From Lama glama (lineage: Eukaryota): 64,000 nucleotides of DNA. Below the pieces are notes generated by a model. That model ran no database searches, had not been told where the DNA came from, and worked only from the letters and a program-made list of their open reading frames with translations. The stretch's first letter is position 1. Each line of letters opens with the position of its first letter. The stretch covers positions 63,242,001 through 63,306,000 of the forward strand of contig CM052817.1 in the NCBI GenBank assembly GCA_028534125.1. The letters are read 5' to 3'. Shown here piece after piece: positions 1-12,181 of this stretch. Both the position numbers and the translations under genes were made by a program.

Positions 1-1860
1 CAGTTTCACCAACTTTAGAATTTTGACTAGGTCTGCCTCTGAGTATTACCATTTCTACTGAATATTTAATTACTTTTAATGACATAATGAATGGGTATAC
101 TGATGTAGGGAAATGAAACATAAACTAAAATACAAGTTTTTAATATGATTTTATAAAGTTTTATAGAACTTCAGGGTGGTATCAGATTTGCCTAACTGAT
201 TATGTTCTATTAAAGTGCATCTGCATTTCTTGAACATACACATTAATAACCTTATGGAACCCACATTTTTTTTTTTTGGTGCATAGAACAAACATTCACA
301 CACAGGTGACTAGCATTACAATGCAATTAAAGTGACATTTGATGGAAGATGCCAAAAAATTTACACATGATTTTATTTTCTGACAAGCATTTAACATTGA
401 GATTTCTTTTTCTTATTTTTGCTTCTTCTTTCCTGCAATATTCTTGCTTTTCTTGTCCCTGAGGCTTTTTGATTGAAGAGAATTTGCCTTGTTGCTTTGC
501 ACGTTTAAGTGGAAACCAGATCCCATTGATTACTTTGGGTTGACAAATGATACAAGTGTTAGTTATCCTTTCTGTCTCTGTGTGTGAAGCCCAGATGCCT
601 TATGTCATTGTACAAAACTGCATATGAAATCAATAAACTCAGGGAAAATGGCTATAAAACCACAATTCTTTAAGTCAAGGGAGAGTAAATTGCTTGTGCT
701 GCCCAGATAGTTTGGAATTTGTTGCCTGTTTCCATAAGAGAGATTTTCTTTCCAATAACTTCAGGCTCAGGAATTATAGTTAGTCACCATAAGCCTAAAA
801 GTCTGATGCATTAATCTTTATATGTGTTCCTTTCCATTGCATCTTGCCTTATTTATGGAAATCATTTTGCTAGAGTAATACCATAAACTATACAACTTGT
901 TTTCATGAGGAATTGAAGTTTTAAAAAATAGATCAAAATAAAACTAGTGATGAAATACCATTTGAAAAGTACCCTGAAGAAATTACTATTTATTGGTTTT
1001 GATAAATACTTCCCAGATTTTCTTCAAGATTGAAAGTTTGGCTGTATTTTTAAATCATCACTTAACACTCTAGTGATTTTTTTGAAGTATAATATTTTGG
1101 ATCATCACTTTTTTTGTTCTAATTCCGGACCTACCCAATGGTTTTTATCTTGTACCACTTAATCTTCATGAAGCAACACCTATGAGAGCTTATCATAAAA
1201 CAGAGCATGTGCATGTGATAGGAAAGGTTTTCAAAATTATATTCTTTCCAAAATCTTCAAAAAAGAAAAAAACAGTATCTAATTGAAGTTGTGATTGTAA
1301 AAATGCTGTTCACACAAATATGAATTTGTTTTATTAAAATTTCAAATGTAAAAACTCTCAGAGCAATAAATGCTTTGATCAGTGTCTTGGTAGTGTCACT
1401 AATACATTTCCAGTTGCTGCAAATGTCTTCTCACTAAGATGTCCATTGTTCTAACCACCTCAGCATATGGACTTGGCAATATGAATTTTAATTAAAACAC
1501 ACTGAGTAACTCTCATGAGTGAAGAATCTAATCCATATTGGCCTGGGACCCAGGCCATAAACTTTTCTATCAAGTGGCAGATCAATGTGCCTGATAGTCA
1601 TCTTATTATTAATCGATAATTATAATCTTATTATTAATATTATTAACTTAATAAGTTAAACTAATTTTATTTGTATAATTGCTATCAAATGTATTATCAA
1701 TTATTTACTGATATTTAAAGATGAATTCACAGTTTTTGAAAGAAAGCTATTAATAAATGCAGGAATCCAGAGACCCACACATTCAGAAAAAAACCCGGTT
1801 ATTAAATAAGAAAAAAGTAGCAATAATCTAGATTGTTAATTCTAACAAATTTTAGCTAAA

Positions 1861-2110
1861 AACAATAATTTACATTTATTTACAGCTTACTAAATTCCTA
1901 GCATACTATGAATTTTTTACAACCATCTTTTCATTTAATCTTTACAGTAATTCTATACGGTAGGTATAGATATCTCCATTTTACAGGTAACAAAATGAAA
2001 GAACAAAAAATTAAGTTTATTACTTAAGGATTTACAGCTAAGAAGTAGCAAATCCAGGATTTAGAGCTAATTTATCTGATATTCAGAGCCCAGGCTTACT
2101 CCTTACTCTA
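1861..2110 (-). mobile_element. MIR SINE, near full length
   Basis: MIR core in antisense (tctccattttacaggtaacaaaatgaaag...acagctaagaagtagcaaatccaggatttagagc...tctgatattcagagccc). Confidence 0.8.
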
Positions 2111-2119
2111 GTTTATTTT

Positions 2120-3350
2120 GATGTATTTATTGTATATATACAGTAAAGTTAAATTCCCTGCCAATTCCATATTTGGTAAATAGAGAAGACATCTGATTCT
2201 TTAGCAATATTTGAGTGCACCTGATCTGCTGAGACCAGAAGAAAGAAGGCTAAATTAAATCTAGAACATTGTAACCATTCTACCCCAGCTGTGAAGGTTA
2301 TTCTGTGTTACTCCATATCCAGTTTATGATTCTGTATCCTGCTATTTGCCCCAAGAGTCCAGGGCTGTCTTGCCCTCTGTCTTCAAGTTGAACTTGACAA
2401 ATTGAAGGAATCAACTGAGATGAGAAAGCTTAATGAAATAGTATGTAGGATATTATTCAAATCCATTTCTTCTTTGTGCAGGAGTATTATTTTGGCACTT
2501 TCTATGATTTCAGCTTCAGTCCATTTCAGCTTCAGTCCATTTCTGCAAGGTACAGCCTACACTTACCACTTCAGGGACAACAATGGCTTCATCTTATCTC
2601 CAACTCTGAAAAGCATCCTTTTATTAAATTCCCTTCAGTTATCCTTCTGAGGGTGCAACCTGTTTCTTCCTGGAATCCTAATTAACATATAACCCTTCAG
2701 AATAAATTAGGGAGCTCCTTTCCAAGGAGTGGTTATTTGTTTTAGCTGGTATACTCATGCTGCAGAGAAAGAATAAATATAGATTTTATATGGACAGCAC
2801 AAAATCTCAATATAAATCACCAAATCTAAAGCCATACGTGCATGAATCTGATTCTGGTCAGCATCCCTAACTAACAGATGTGATTTACTCCAAGCAGAAT
2901 GGCTATAGGACAATACCTTTATATCACCTGTAGTAGTGTGCTCCACAGGAACATATTATTCTTGATGGAGATAGGGCAGGAGCAGCCAAGAACTCTTGTC
3001 AGGAGTGCTGCTGTGCCTTCTGAATGGAGAGAACCCAGAAGTATTCCTGTATAGTTGATCCTGTACTCGATGGGATTTCACATTGTAGACAGTGAGCTTG
3101 ATGACAGAATTCCAATAATACTGAACTAAGGAGTGTGAACAGCATATCCAAAGAAGATAGGAATGTCCCAAATGGCCCGAGAAACGCATTCTGCAACAAT
3201 ATATTGAAATTTATTAAGTGAAGTTCAAGACAATATACTTAACCAGAAGGAACTCAAACTGAACAAATTCCATATGAAGAAAGCTTTTTTGTGAATAAGG
3301 AAACCAGAGAAAGCATTAGTGATGAGAATCATTCAGAAAATGATTTTTAA
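2120..3350 (+). pseudogene. EBLN: Endogenous bornavirus-like nucleoprotein element (EBLN), degraded by stops and frameshifts
   Basis: Colinear motifs across + frames versus Borna disease virus N (recalled from memory): YTVKLNSLPIPYLVNREDI* (2137-2196) ~ YTVGGSDPHPGIGHEKDIR; LLRPEERR (2226-2249) ~ LLDQSRR; HSTPAVKVILCYSISSL (2276-2326) ~ HTVTPSLVFLCLLIPGL; LPQES (2346-2360) ~ VPRES; TEMRKLNEI...SISSLCRSIILAL (2414-2500) ~ [31 protein letters not shown] (2643-2660) ~ PSHGET; NPSE*IRELLSKEW (2691-2732) ~ NPHEAIDWINGQPW; LKPYVHE/LVSIP (2826-2868) ~ IKEYLAE/LTIP; HRNILFLMEI (2944-2973) ~ HADLFPFLGAI; PRTLVRSAAV (2986-3015) ~ PRSFPNLASAAF; ENPEVFLY (3029-3052) ~ ENPTMAGY. The 3' boundary is approximate. 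Confidence 0.82.
2507..2543 (+). repeat. 16-bp tandem duplication inside the EBLN
   Basis: atttcagcttcagtcc at 2507-2522 and 2523-2538, followed by a partial copy (atttc). Confidence 0.95.
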
Positions 3351-3507
3351 ATGATATGCAAGATATATATCAGTTGATGCAATATCTTTAATGGGTTCTA
3401 AATTAGAACATTATAAAAATACATTTTGTAAGAAGCAGTATAGATAATATCTTCCCTTCAAGTGATTGCAAGGCATTCTGTGTATTAAACCTTTGGTAAA
3501 ATGTTGT

Positions 3508-4050
3508 TGTCTCAGTAATCTATTGTTAAAAATGAACCATCCCAAAATGTAGTAGCTTAAAACAACAACTCTTTATTTGTTTATGATTCAGTGAGTTGGC
3601 AGTTGGATTGGGTTCAGCTGGTAGTTCTTCTACTAGTCTCATCTGTGTCATGCATTCAACTACAGTCAACAGTGGCTCCAGTAAGGACAGATGGTCCAAA
3701 ATAACCCAACACATGTCAGTCATGTGGTGTATTGTTGGTTGGATCTCTCTTTCTAGAGGTCACAACCTCAAGGAGCTCATCTCTGGCTTCTTTACAGGGT
3801 TGTAGCATGTTCTCAGAAGGTTAGTGTGAATCTGCAAGTACTCTTGAGATGTGGATGCAGAAGTTGCACAGCATCAATTCCACCATGTTCTGTTGGTCAA
3901 AGAGTATCTCAGTGCCAGCTCAGATTCAGGCATAGTGGAAATAGTGCTAGTAGTCACAACTTGAGGGAAAAAGTACTAGTAGTCACATTGCAAAGAAATA
4001 TGCGTACAGATGTAAGAATTATCTGTGGCCATCTTTTGCAATGGACCACA
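3508..4050 (-). mobile_element. MLT1-family (ERVL-MaLR) solo LTR
   Basis: aaccatcccaaaatgtagtagcttaaaacaacaa...gggttcagctggtagttc...ccatgttctgttggtcaaagag is typical of antisense MLT1. Confidence 0.75.
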
Positions 4051-5871
4051 GATATATATGAATCAGTTTTTATTATTTTTATACATACTTGAATAGAATG
4101 TTTGATTCAATAAGGCATCAATCCTGAATAATACCCAGTCATATAGAACTGAATATTTAGATTTTTTCTACATGTGTCCCCAGAGATGAGGTTCATTCTA
4201 AAGTCTTTTCTCTTCCCACATATGCAAAGCTAAAACAAATCCAAGGCTATTGCTTATTATCTTATATTTGCACACCTGCATATGCTTTCTAGTTAAATGG
4301 AAAAAAAATCCAACTAAAGACTTTAAATAAAACTACAAATTCAGGTTAAATTGTATCGATTAATTAAGGTTATCATTTTTTTGATTTCTTAAATATTTGA
4401 AGTAATTTCATGATGAGAAATTATGTTTAAAAAATGTGATCTGTAATTGAAATATATTTAATAGATTATGCATCACACTTATAGACATTTATATTTAAGG
4501 ACTTTCAACTAGTTATGTTCTGTGCCCCCAGCAAACAGCATATCTTGTTCTCCAAATTGTTTCTTCCTTGCAGTCTTTGGATGGCAGTCACTGGAGCCAG
4601 AGGCTAACAGTAGAATATGTTCTAACAACAACATCTGCTTGCACTGTAAAATTAGCCATGCATTAGTGGCTTTTGGCTTTTAGTTAGACTTTAATTGTGA
4701 AGAAATTAGGTGCATGAACAGCACTAGTTGAAGGATATATTTTCTTCATAGAGGAAAATTTGTTGGGATGTTTATATGCATGAGGTTAAATAAAATCAGA
4801 GAACCACTGAAACACTTATTTCCATGAATATTATATACTGAAAAGAATTAAATTTATTAAAAGCTCTTTTTACTGCAAAGATAATCTATATGAAGAAAAT
4901 ATGAGATATACATGTTGCTATTATTGTTATATTTGTCACAGAGGCCTGACAACCAACATGTCTTTCATATTCTTGAAACCAAGCACCCTCCCTGGTGATT
5001 TCTCTTCTGACTTTACTGTGGAAGAGACTACACCTATGGCTACTCTTGGTATGGGCTTCTCTGCAAGCTTATTTCCCAGTAGGAAAAGGTGGAGAGTCCT
5101 TGGTGTAGATTATCGTGTCACTAAGACAAAGGGAAACACTGCTGTCCGTGACAGATGTTAGCAAGTACTATAGAAAGGGATCTAAAAAGGGACAGAGACT
5201 AGGCTATGCACCTGCTGTGTCTCTTTATCTAGTGATTCTCTTTGGAATGTCCCTGAGGTTGATAGATGTTTTGGGTAGATCTGGGGTCCATTTTATACAT
5301 ATTGTAAATTCCATTAATTCACTTATCTGGATAGTCCTTTTAAAATATTTTCTTACCATAAATGACCCAGATAATTGCCTAGCCTATCCGCTTGATAGCC
5401 TAAGTTTAGAATCAAATATACTTCTAAATATAATAATAATTTGTTATTGCAGTTTATATGGAAAACAGAAACGAATATTTTTTTCTTGTTTTCTTTATTT
5501 CACAGATCAGAAAGTGAGAGTCCAATTTGGTAAAGTTAGGAACTCACTATTAAATTACTTAATCAAGTTTCTCATATTTAACATTTTATTTAATACATAA
5601 AATAAAAAGTTGTACACAAATTTGCCCTTCTAAAAATTAATTATATGTTATTGTTCATTTCATTCTCTGAGAAGGAAATATCCTTAGGAAAAAACTCAAA
5701 AAACGTCCTCCACCCAAATGAGAAAATATGCTAGACTTGCCTCTCCATTTTACAATACTTGCAAAACTAAATCTTGAATAGCTATGTGCCCAGATCTGAT
5801 TCCAAACCAAACTTTAGTATGTACAGTTTGAACCATTATTCAATACTAACTTGGTTTACATTTGTAATTTT

Positions 5872-6124
5872 TTTGAAATATAGTTGATTTACAACCTTGT
5901 GTTAGTTTCAGGTGTACAGCAAAGTGGTTCAGTTATATACAAATGTATATATTTCAGATTATTTTCCATTATAGGTTATTACCAGATATTGAAGATAGCT
6001 CCCTGTGTTATAGAGACCTTATTGTCTATCTTTTACATATTGTATGGTATATGTATTAATCCCAAACTCCTAATTTATTCCTTCCCCCTGCCTTTTCCTC
6101 TTTGGTAACCCTAAATTTGTTTTC
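5872..6124 (-). mobile_element. 5'-truncated L1 3' end (cetartiodactyl type) with TSD
   Basis: gaaatatagttgatttacaaccttgtgttagtttcaggtgtacagcaaagt...tttggtaacc; TSD tac(a/g)tttgtaatttt at 5857-5871 and 6125-6139, followed by a TTTT/AA endonuclease site. Confidence 0.85.
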
Positions 6125-6514
6125 TACGTTTGTAATTTTAAAAGTAGAAATAATTTTCTTGGTGAAAATTGCTCTTATTAATCGAGTTTTAGATATAATT
6201 CTATTTACACATTAGGTTTCTAAATTTATTGATTTTTTTCCCTTCTATTGGTATCAAATACTTATAGGAGAAAATAAGTTATAAAATATAATTTGACTTC
6301 TAGAGAGAAATGTCAGCTTTGTGGGATAGGAAGTAGGCAAGAAAGGACTGCAAATAAAATATAAAAATTAAAAAGTGAGCTACCCACATCCATCTTCCTG
6401 CTTCTGTTAGTTCAAGTTTTCATTCCTAAAGTGTTTTCTGAGGAAAAAATTGTTTCTTAAGAAAGTTTCAGAAACAAACAACAAACAAACCAAAATCAAA
6501 CAAAAAAGATACAA

Positions 6515-6737
6515 TGGGCAATATAATTTGGGGAAACAGTGTGTATTTTATTTCCTATTAGAGATTCAGGCATAAGTTACCACATTAGAGGTTCTGGAAA
6601 GTCTCACAGAAAAGAAACCTATCTTACTTTAATTCAGCATTTTCCAAATATTTTTATCATCACAGAACACCTTTTTCTCATAGCAGCTAGTAATGTCCTG
6701 AGGCATGAATGTTTCTCTGGACACTTGAGAAATGCTC
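6515..6737. mobile_element. Degraded hAT-Charlie non-autonomous DNA transposon (MER112-like)
   Basis: tttggggaaacagtg...aattcagcattttccaaata...cacagaacaccttttt...acacttgagaaatgct resembles MER112-type elements. Confidence 0.4.
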
Positions 6738-7239
6738 AGAAGCAAGAAAACTGTCTTAGTTCGGATACTTAAAAGCTGCTCTTCCACAATAAAGTTTTTT
6801 AGAGTCTGATTATTCAGAAGCAAATTCATTTTAAAGTTGTCAAAATTTCATCCCTGGAGTGTAGAACTATTGACTGAACTTATTATTCATGCAGAAGAAC
6901 CCGAGAGAATAATTTTAACAAGTGCAATTAAGTCAGATGCATGAATTAATTTCAAACAACAAACTATTTTTGGAAAAGGAGCATTTGGAAAAAAAATGTC
7001 AAAGATATCATGGTGACTTAAGTAATAATTATCCTGGATTGATTCTGAGAAAAATAATATATGTAAAAGGAAATTTAGACCATCTACTTTCAATCATCAT
7101 AAAATGTGTATAGTTTAGCTTTCCTTAAAGTATCCATGGCTTTTCTTTAGAGACTCTGAAGGAGCTATTGCTAAAATTAAGAACTGCAGGTGCACCTACA
7201 TAACACTGAACTTTACATCCATTTCAGTAATCTATTCAA

Positions 7240-7500
7240 ATCAGTTAACATTTATTGATTGTCTACTACGTGCCATTCCCAACTTAGGCTTTGTATCAGT
7301 TTGTTCCTTATGCTTGACTCACATCACCTTATTTTATTTTAATATCAGCACTCAGGAGAAGTTATTCTCAGGACAGACAAGAAAGCTAAAGTTCATAGAA
7401 ATTGCTTTGTCAAAAGCTTCATAGCTGATAAGTAGTAGAGTCAAAATAAAGACCCAGGTGTTCTTGCACCATCTCTAGGGATCTGTCCACACGACTGCAG
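7240..7500 (-). mobile_element. MIR fragment
   Basis: catttattgattgtctactacgtgcc...acagacaagaaagctaaagttcatag...tcatagctgataagtagtagagtcaaaataaagacccagg. Confidence 0.6.
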
Positions 7501-7544
7501 TATTCTGCTAATAGGTTTCATCCTGTAAGAGATTTCAGGGCATT

Positions 7545-7750
7545 TCTGTTAAGAATGCATGCTCTGGAGACTAACTGACAAGGTACACTCTGTTGCTACC
7601 ATATCATTATGTGTGACTTTGGAGACATAATTTCTTTGAATGTAGTGTCATATTTATTAAGTGGGAATGGCTATTAAGAGGACTGACTTAATAAATGTGT
7701 AGTACTGAGAACAGCACCTAGCACATAGTAAATATTCTCATAATGCTATC
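7545..7750 (+). mobile_element. MIR fragment
   Basis: gttaagaatgcatgctctggagac...tgtgtgactttgg...acagcacctagcacatagtaaatattctca. Confidence 0.65.
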
Positions 7751-7799
7751 CAAAACAATTTTAGTAGCTTTGGCATTGTTTTTTACATTTGGGAATCAC

Positions 7800-9615
7800 C
7801 TAATTATTCCTTTTTTCTTTTTTATATTGAGTTTTCAATATTTATGAAGATTATTTGTAAACATTGTTTAAAGATTCCAGAAACTCTGCATTTGTGTTTT
7901 CTTATTACACCTTGAAGATTACTGACTTTGACTTCTTGAATTTATTCTTTTAGGATTTTCTTTCATACTTCTACATACCTTGCAATTTATCATTATTTCT
8001 GTATTTTAACACCATAAAACTGTCATTGGACTACCAAAATGAAAGAATAGATTTGGCTTTCTGTCGTACAGCTAACTCTACATCACATATTCATGCTTCT
8101 AAATTCCCCTTTATACCGATATAAACATAACAACTGGTCAGTTCTGTATTCAACTTTATGTGACCCAAATCAGTTCACACCTAAGCCATATATATAGTAA
8201 TCTATGGGTAACTCTTCCTTTACTACACAACTTTTGTTTTCCTTGGAGTTAATGATTACTTCTATCTTTTTGCTTGTTTTTCTATATACTTACCACTAAT
8301 TTATCCTCCCATTTTTTTCAGTTGTATAATTCTTTTTGATGTACTGAACAACATTCAGTACAGTATTCTATGAACTTTTATCTTGAAAATCTCTTTCAGA
8401 ATCTCTTTTTGTTGGGGGTTGAAGAGGAATACCAGTTATCATCCTGAGGTTTTCCTTAGCTTCTCCTTTGTGCCCAAATCCATGACTTCTATGTTTTCTT
8501 CCTTGGTTTGATGAAGTACATCCTCCCATGGCTTTCCACACCAAGTGTATTAGAGGTAAATTTTTGAGACATTGCTGGTATAAAAGTGTCTATATTTTCA
8601 AATATCATATGATATCACTTACACATGGAGTCTAAAAAAAGGTATAAATTTTATATACAAACCAAAAATACACTCATGGACATAGAAAACAAACTATGGT
8701 TACCAAAGAGGAAAGGGAGGGCATAAATTAGGAACTTGAGATTAACAGTCACATACTACTATGTGTAAAATAGATTAACAACAAGGACCTACTGTATAGC
8801 ACAGGGGGCTATATTCAGTTTCTTGTAATAGGCTATAATGGAAAAGAATCTGAAAGTATGTGTGTGTGTATATACATACATATATATATATATATACCAA
8901 TTGCTTTGCTTTCCCCTGAAACTAACATTGTAAATCAACTACACTTGAGTAAAAAATAAAATTTAAAAAGTCTGTTTTTCTTCCACATTTGAATAATAGC
9001 TTAGCTTGTTTATATCCTAATTTGAAAGTTATTTTATACTAAAAATTTTCTATTATTTTTTAACTTCCAGTGCTGCTGCTCAAAAGTCCAAAAGAACAAA
9101 ACGTTCTTATATCTTTGATCTTTTTAGTAAGGCTTTTTTTCTCTCTCTAAAAACCTTTTCTTTGCTTCCAATGTCCTGAAATTTCACAGGAATGTGTCTT
9201 TTTTTAAACCTATTTTCATCCAATGCGGTAGCACTGGATAATTCAATAAATATCAATTAAGCCATACTGATATAAACAAATAAAGGTATTCTTTGCATTT
9301 TTTAATTAGGACATTTTCTCAAATTATTTTGTTATTAATTTGATAATTTCTTACTCCTCTATTAGATGCTAAATCTCTGAAGTTCTCTTCTAATTTTCTT
9401 AACTCTTTATCTTATTTTCTCTTTAATTTTCTATCTTCTGGGAAATTGTTCTAGCTTTAATCTATGAACAGTTTTATTGGGTTTTTCTACTCTCCTTGTT
9501 TTAATTTTCAAGGAATATCTTTTTGTTCCATAAATACTATTTTTATAATATTATTCTCTTGTTTAACAGCTCATTATATTTTTGTATCTCTCTGAGGTTA
9601 TAATTAGCGTTTAAT
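7800..9615 (-). mobile_element. Old L1M/HAL1-type LINE remnant (antisense ORF1-like region), interrupted by younger insertions; resumes at ~13200-13495 and ~14114-14315
   Basis: Strongly T-rich strand with typical antisense ORF1 phrases (ttttttaacttccagtgctgctgctcaaaagtc; tgtcctgaaatttcacaggaatgtgtct; ttgttttaattttcaaggaa). Confidence 0.55.
8600..8964 (+). mobile_element. 5'-truncated L1 3' end (cetartiodactyl type) containing a (TG)/(TA) microsatellite
   Basis: aaatatcatatgatatcacttacacatggagtct...aacaacaaggacctactgtatagcacaggg...cattgtaaatcaactacact followed by an A-rich tail. Confidence 0.85.
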
Positions 9616-10876
9616 TTTTTTTTTTGGTAGATTTACAAAAAAGTTGCCAGAATCATACAGAGTGTTCTCATATACCTCCACTCATTTTCTCCTAAGGCTA
9701 ACATCTTTCATAACCGTTGCATAATGATCAAAACTAAGAAATTAACCTTGATAAAATATTATAAACTAAACTACAGACTTCATTTGGATTTTACCAGGTT
9801 TTTTTTTCTCTAATGTCCTTTATTTCTTCCAGGAGTCTACATAGCACTTAATCACCATGTCATCTTAGTCTCCTCAAGTCTGTAACAGTTACTCAGTCTT
9901 TCCTTGTCTTTCATGACCTTACTTTTAAAGAATAGTGATCAATTGCTTTGTAACATATCATTCAGTATGGGCTAATGTGATGTTTTCCCATGATTAGATT
10001 GAGGTTGTGGGTTCTGGAGCAAACTATCAAGGTAATGTGCCCTTCCCAGTCTGTTATCTCAGAGATACCCCATGTTGATGTGTCTTATTACTGATGATGT
10101 TTACCTTGATTACCTAGGTAAGGTGGTGTCTGTCTGTTTTATCCACTGTAAAAGTACTTTTTACTTTTTTTATAACTTTGTAGTTAATAAATATTTTAGG
10201 AGAGATTTCTTGAGGCTGTGATATCCTGTTTTATTTCAAACATTTGGACCTTAAGTTTAGCTTCCATTGCCAGGAGTGGATGTTGCTCACGATAATTATT
10301 TCCTTCATGTCTGATTGTGATTTTATTTTTCTCATACCTTCTTCATCTAATAATTAGAATTATTTTATATGGAAAAGTTATATCTTCTCTTCCACTTCTT
10401 ATTTATTTAATTAATTATTTACATAAATTTAGGCTCATGGATATTTATTTTATTCTTTCAGTTTAATCCAATACCCTTATTACTTATTTTCTTGCTCTGA
10501 TTATTCTAGCTTTGGTCCTTGGCCATTGTTTCAGTTGGTTTCAGTGACCTTTTAACACACATCCAGCTATTTTTGAGCACTTTTTCTACTTTAAAAATTA
10601 CACAAAGTATACAAAGAGCTCACCATGTGTTTACACTCTCTCAGTCCTGGAATCAGTCACTTTTTCAAGGAGCCCCGGTTATATTTATTGAATAGTGGTA
10701 TTTAAGAAACTAAATTTTGTCCCTAAGTCTACCATTGCTTCTAGGACCTCTCAGTGGACAGACCTTGAAAATATACGTATACATATTAAGTCACGCACAC
10801 ACAGGTACAAACATACACAGACATCTATATTCCCCCGTATGTATGTATATATACTTTATACACACACACACATAAT

Positions 10877-12181
10877 GAAATAAAGATTCACTTTTTAAGG
10901 AAAGACAGGAAAAATTTAAACATAGAACTTTTTTCTCTGCCACTTTACCTCCTCCTTCCCCACTAGTGTGCTTTGTACATCTGCATTATGTGTTAACTGG
11001 ACCTCTTTAATGGTAGAAATACATGCTCAACCACAGAGATCAATTTTTTTTTCTTTCTGGTACCAGCTATGTAACTCCTTAGAAGATAGCATTCCTTTCG
11101 CAATTCTATAAGGGGTCACAATGATCCACCACTCTCCTTGTATGTGCAGATATCTTTGGTGAACATTTTATGTTCAATGCCAGTGTTATCATTTTCCTTA
11201 AAGGTAGCAGTTTGTGCAGAACAGACTGGTCAGATGACCTGGGAAGATACTAAGCTGCAACAAATGGGAATTCTTAGCTTAATTATGTAATTATGACCCT
11301 ATTAATGTTACTAGCTATATTATTTGTATTCTGTCTCTTGTACAAGATTATTGTTTTTTGCATTACCAAACGTGTGACCGAACCACAGATAAAATTAATG
11401 ATGGTTAGGAAACTTCAAATGACTGACCAAATATATAGTCTGATAACATCAATGATTGTGATGGTGTAACTCTAGATATGGGAAGAAGCAACAAGAGGGA
11501 ATCATTTCCTGGACCATAACAAACTATAAGACAAGCAGTCCAGAAGCTTTTGGCTACTGTTAATAGGGCCTCTTCCAGTAAAAGCAGATTGAATGACTCA
11601 TCAATGAAATACCTGACTGGGAATGAGCATTCCTAGTGCATGGGACAAATTGGTCACAAAATGCCTCCCAAGTCTTGGTCAAAATTAAGACTGAAAGGGA
11701 AGAGATTGTAAAATAAAGAATGTTGCCCATCATCCAGCTGAAAAAGAATTGAGTCATTAGCCAATGCAGTCACTGACCTACAGTACATCCTAAAAGGAAT
11801 TTGGGGTGAAGATCAGGATGAGGCACTTTGTACTCTGGGAGAACTGGTAGAAGTGGCCCTCAGATAGTTAGGTATTTTCAGGAGAAATGTTTTTTCAGGA
11901 GAACCTGGATTTTTTCATTTTCCCATGCTTAGAAAAGCACTAAAACCATTAACTAAGATGACCATTCCTTGTGACTAGCAGCAATCTTCAACTGAGATAT
12001 GTGCTTGATTACATGTGCCACCTTTGCAAAAATCACATATATATTGACCTCCCTACTTAATTGCTCAGAACAGTTCTCAGAGCTCTTTGAGAGACTCTTC
12101 TGGGTTATAATCCTCAGTTTGGCTCAAATAAAAATTTCCATTTCTTTCTTAGATTGATTATTCATTAACTTTTCATCAACA
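10877..12181 (+). mobile_element. Long ERV1-type LTR element nested in the L1MC/MD
   Basis: LTR-like 3' half with AATAAA near 12127 and a ...catcaaCA terminus; L1 sequence resumes directly afterwards. No clear TSD. Confidence 0.6.

Noticed and set aside
1600..1659. 14-bp direct repeat (atcttattattaat x2) and the hairpin ttaactta-a-taagttaa
   Set aside because: Low-complexity AT-rich sequence where such structures are expected from slippage.
2400..2600. Minus-strand EAIVVPEVVSVGCTLQKWTEAEIIESAKIIL resembles parvovirus/AAV Rep (EAIAHTVPFYGCVNWT...VVESAKAIL)
   Set aside because: The spacing requires deleting the Walker B region, there is no Walker A upstream, and the + strand is explained far better by bornavirus N.
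2755..3199. Minus-strand ORFs with words reminiscent of the bornavirus L C-terminus (LLLPY, YSHSAWSKS, ALDL)
   Set aside because: Inter-motif distances are inconsistent. These ORFs are antisense to the N-like reading and are best treated as chance.
5115..5600. 161-aa ORF with a hydrophobic translation
   Set aside because: GTG start, AT-rich codon artefact, no recognisable domain or splice structure.
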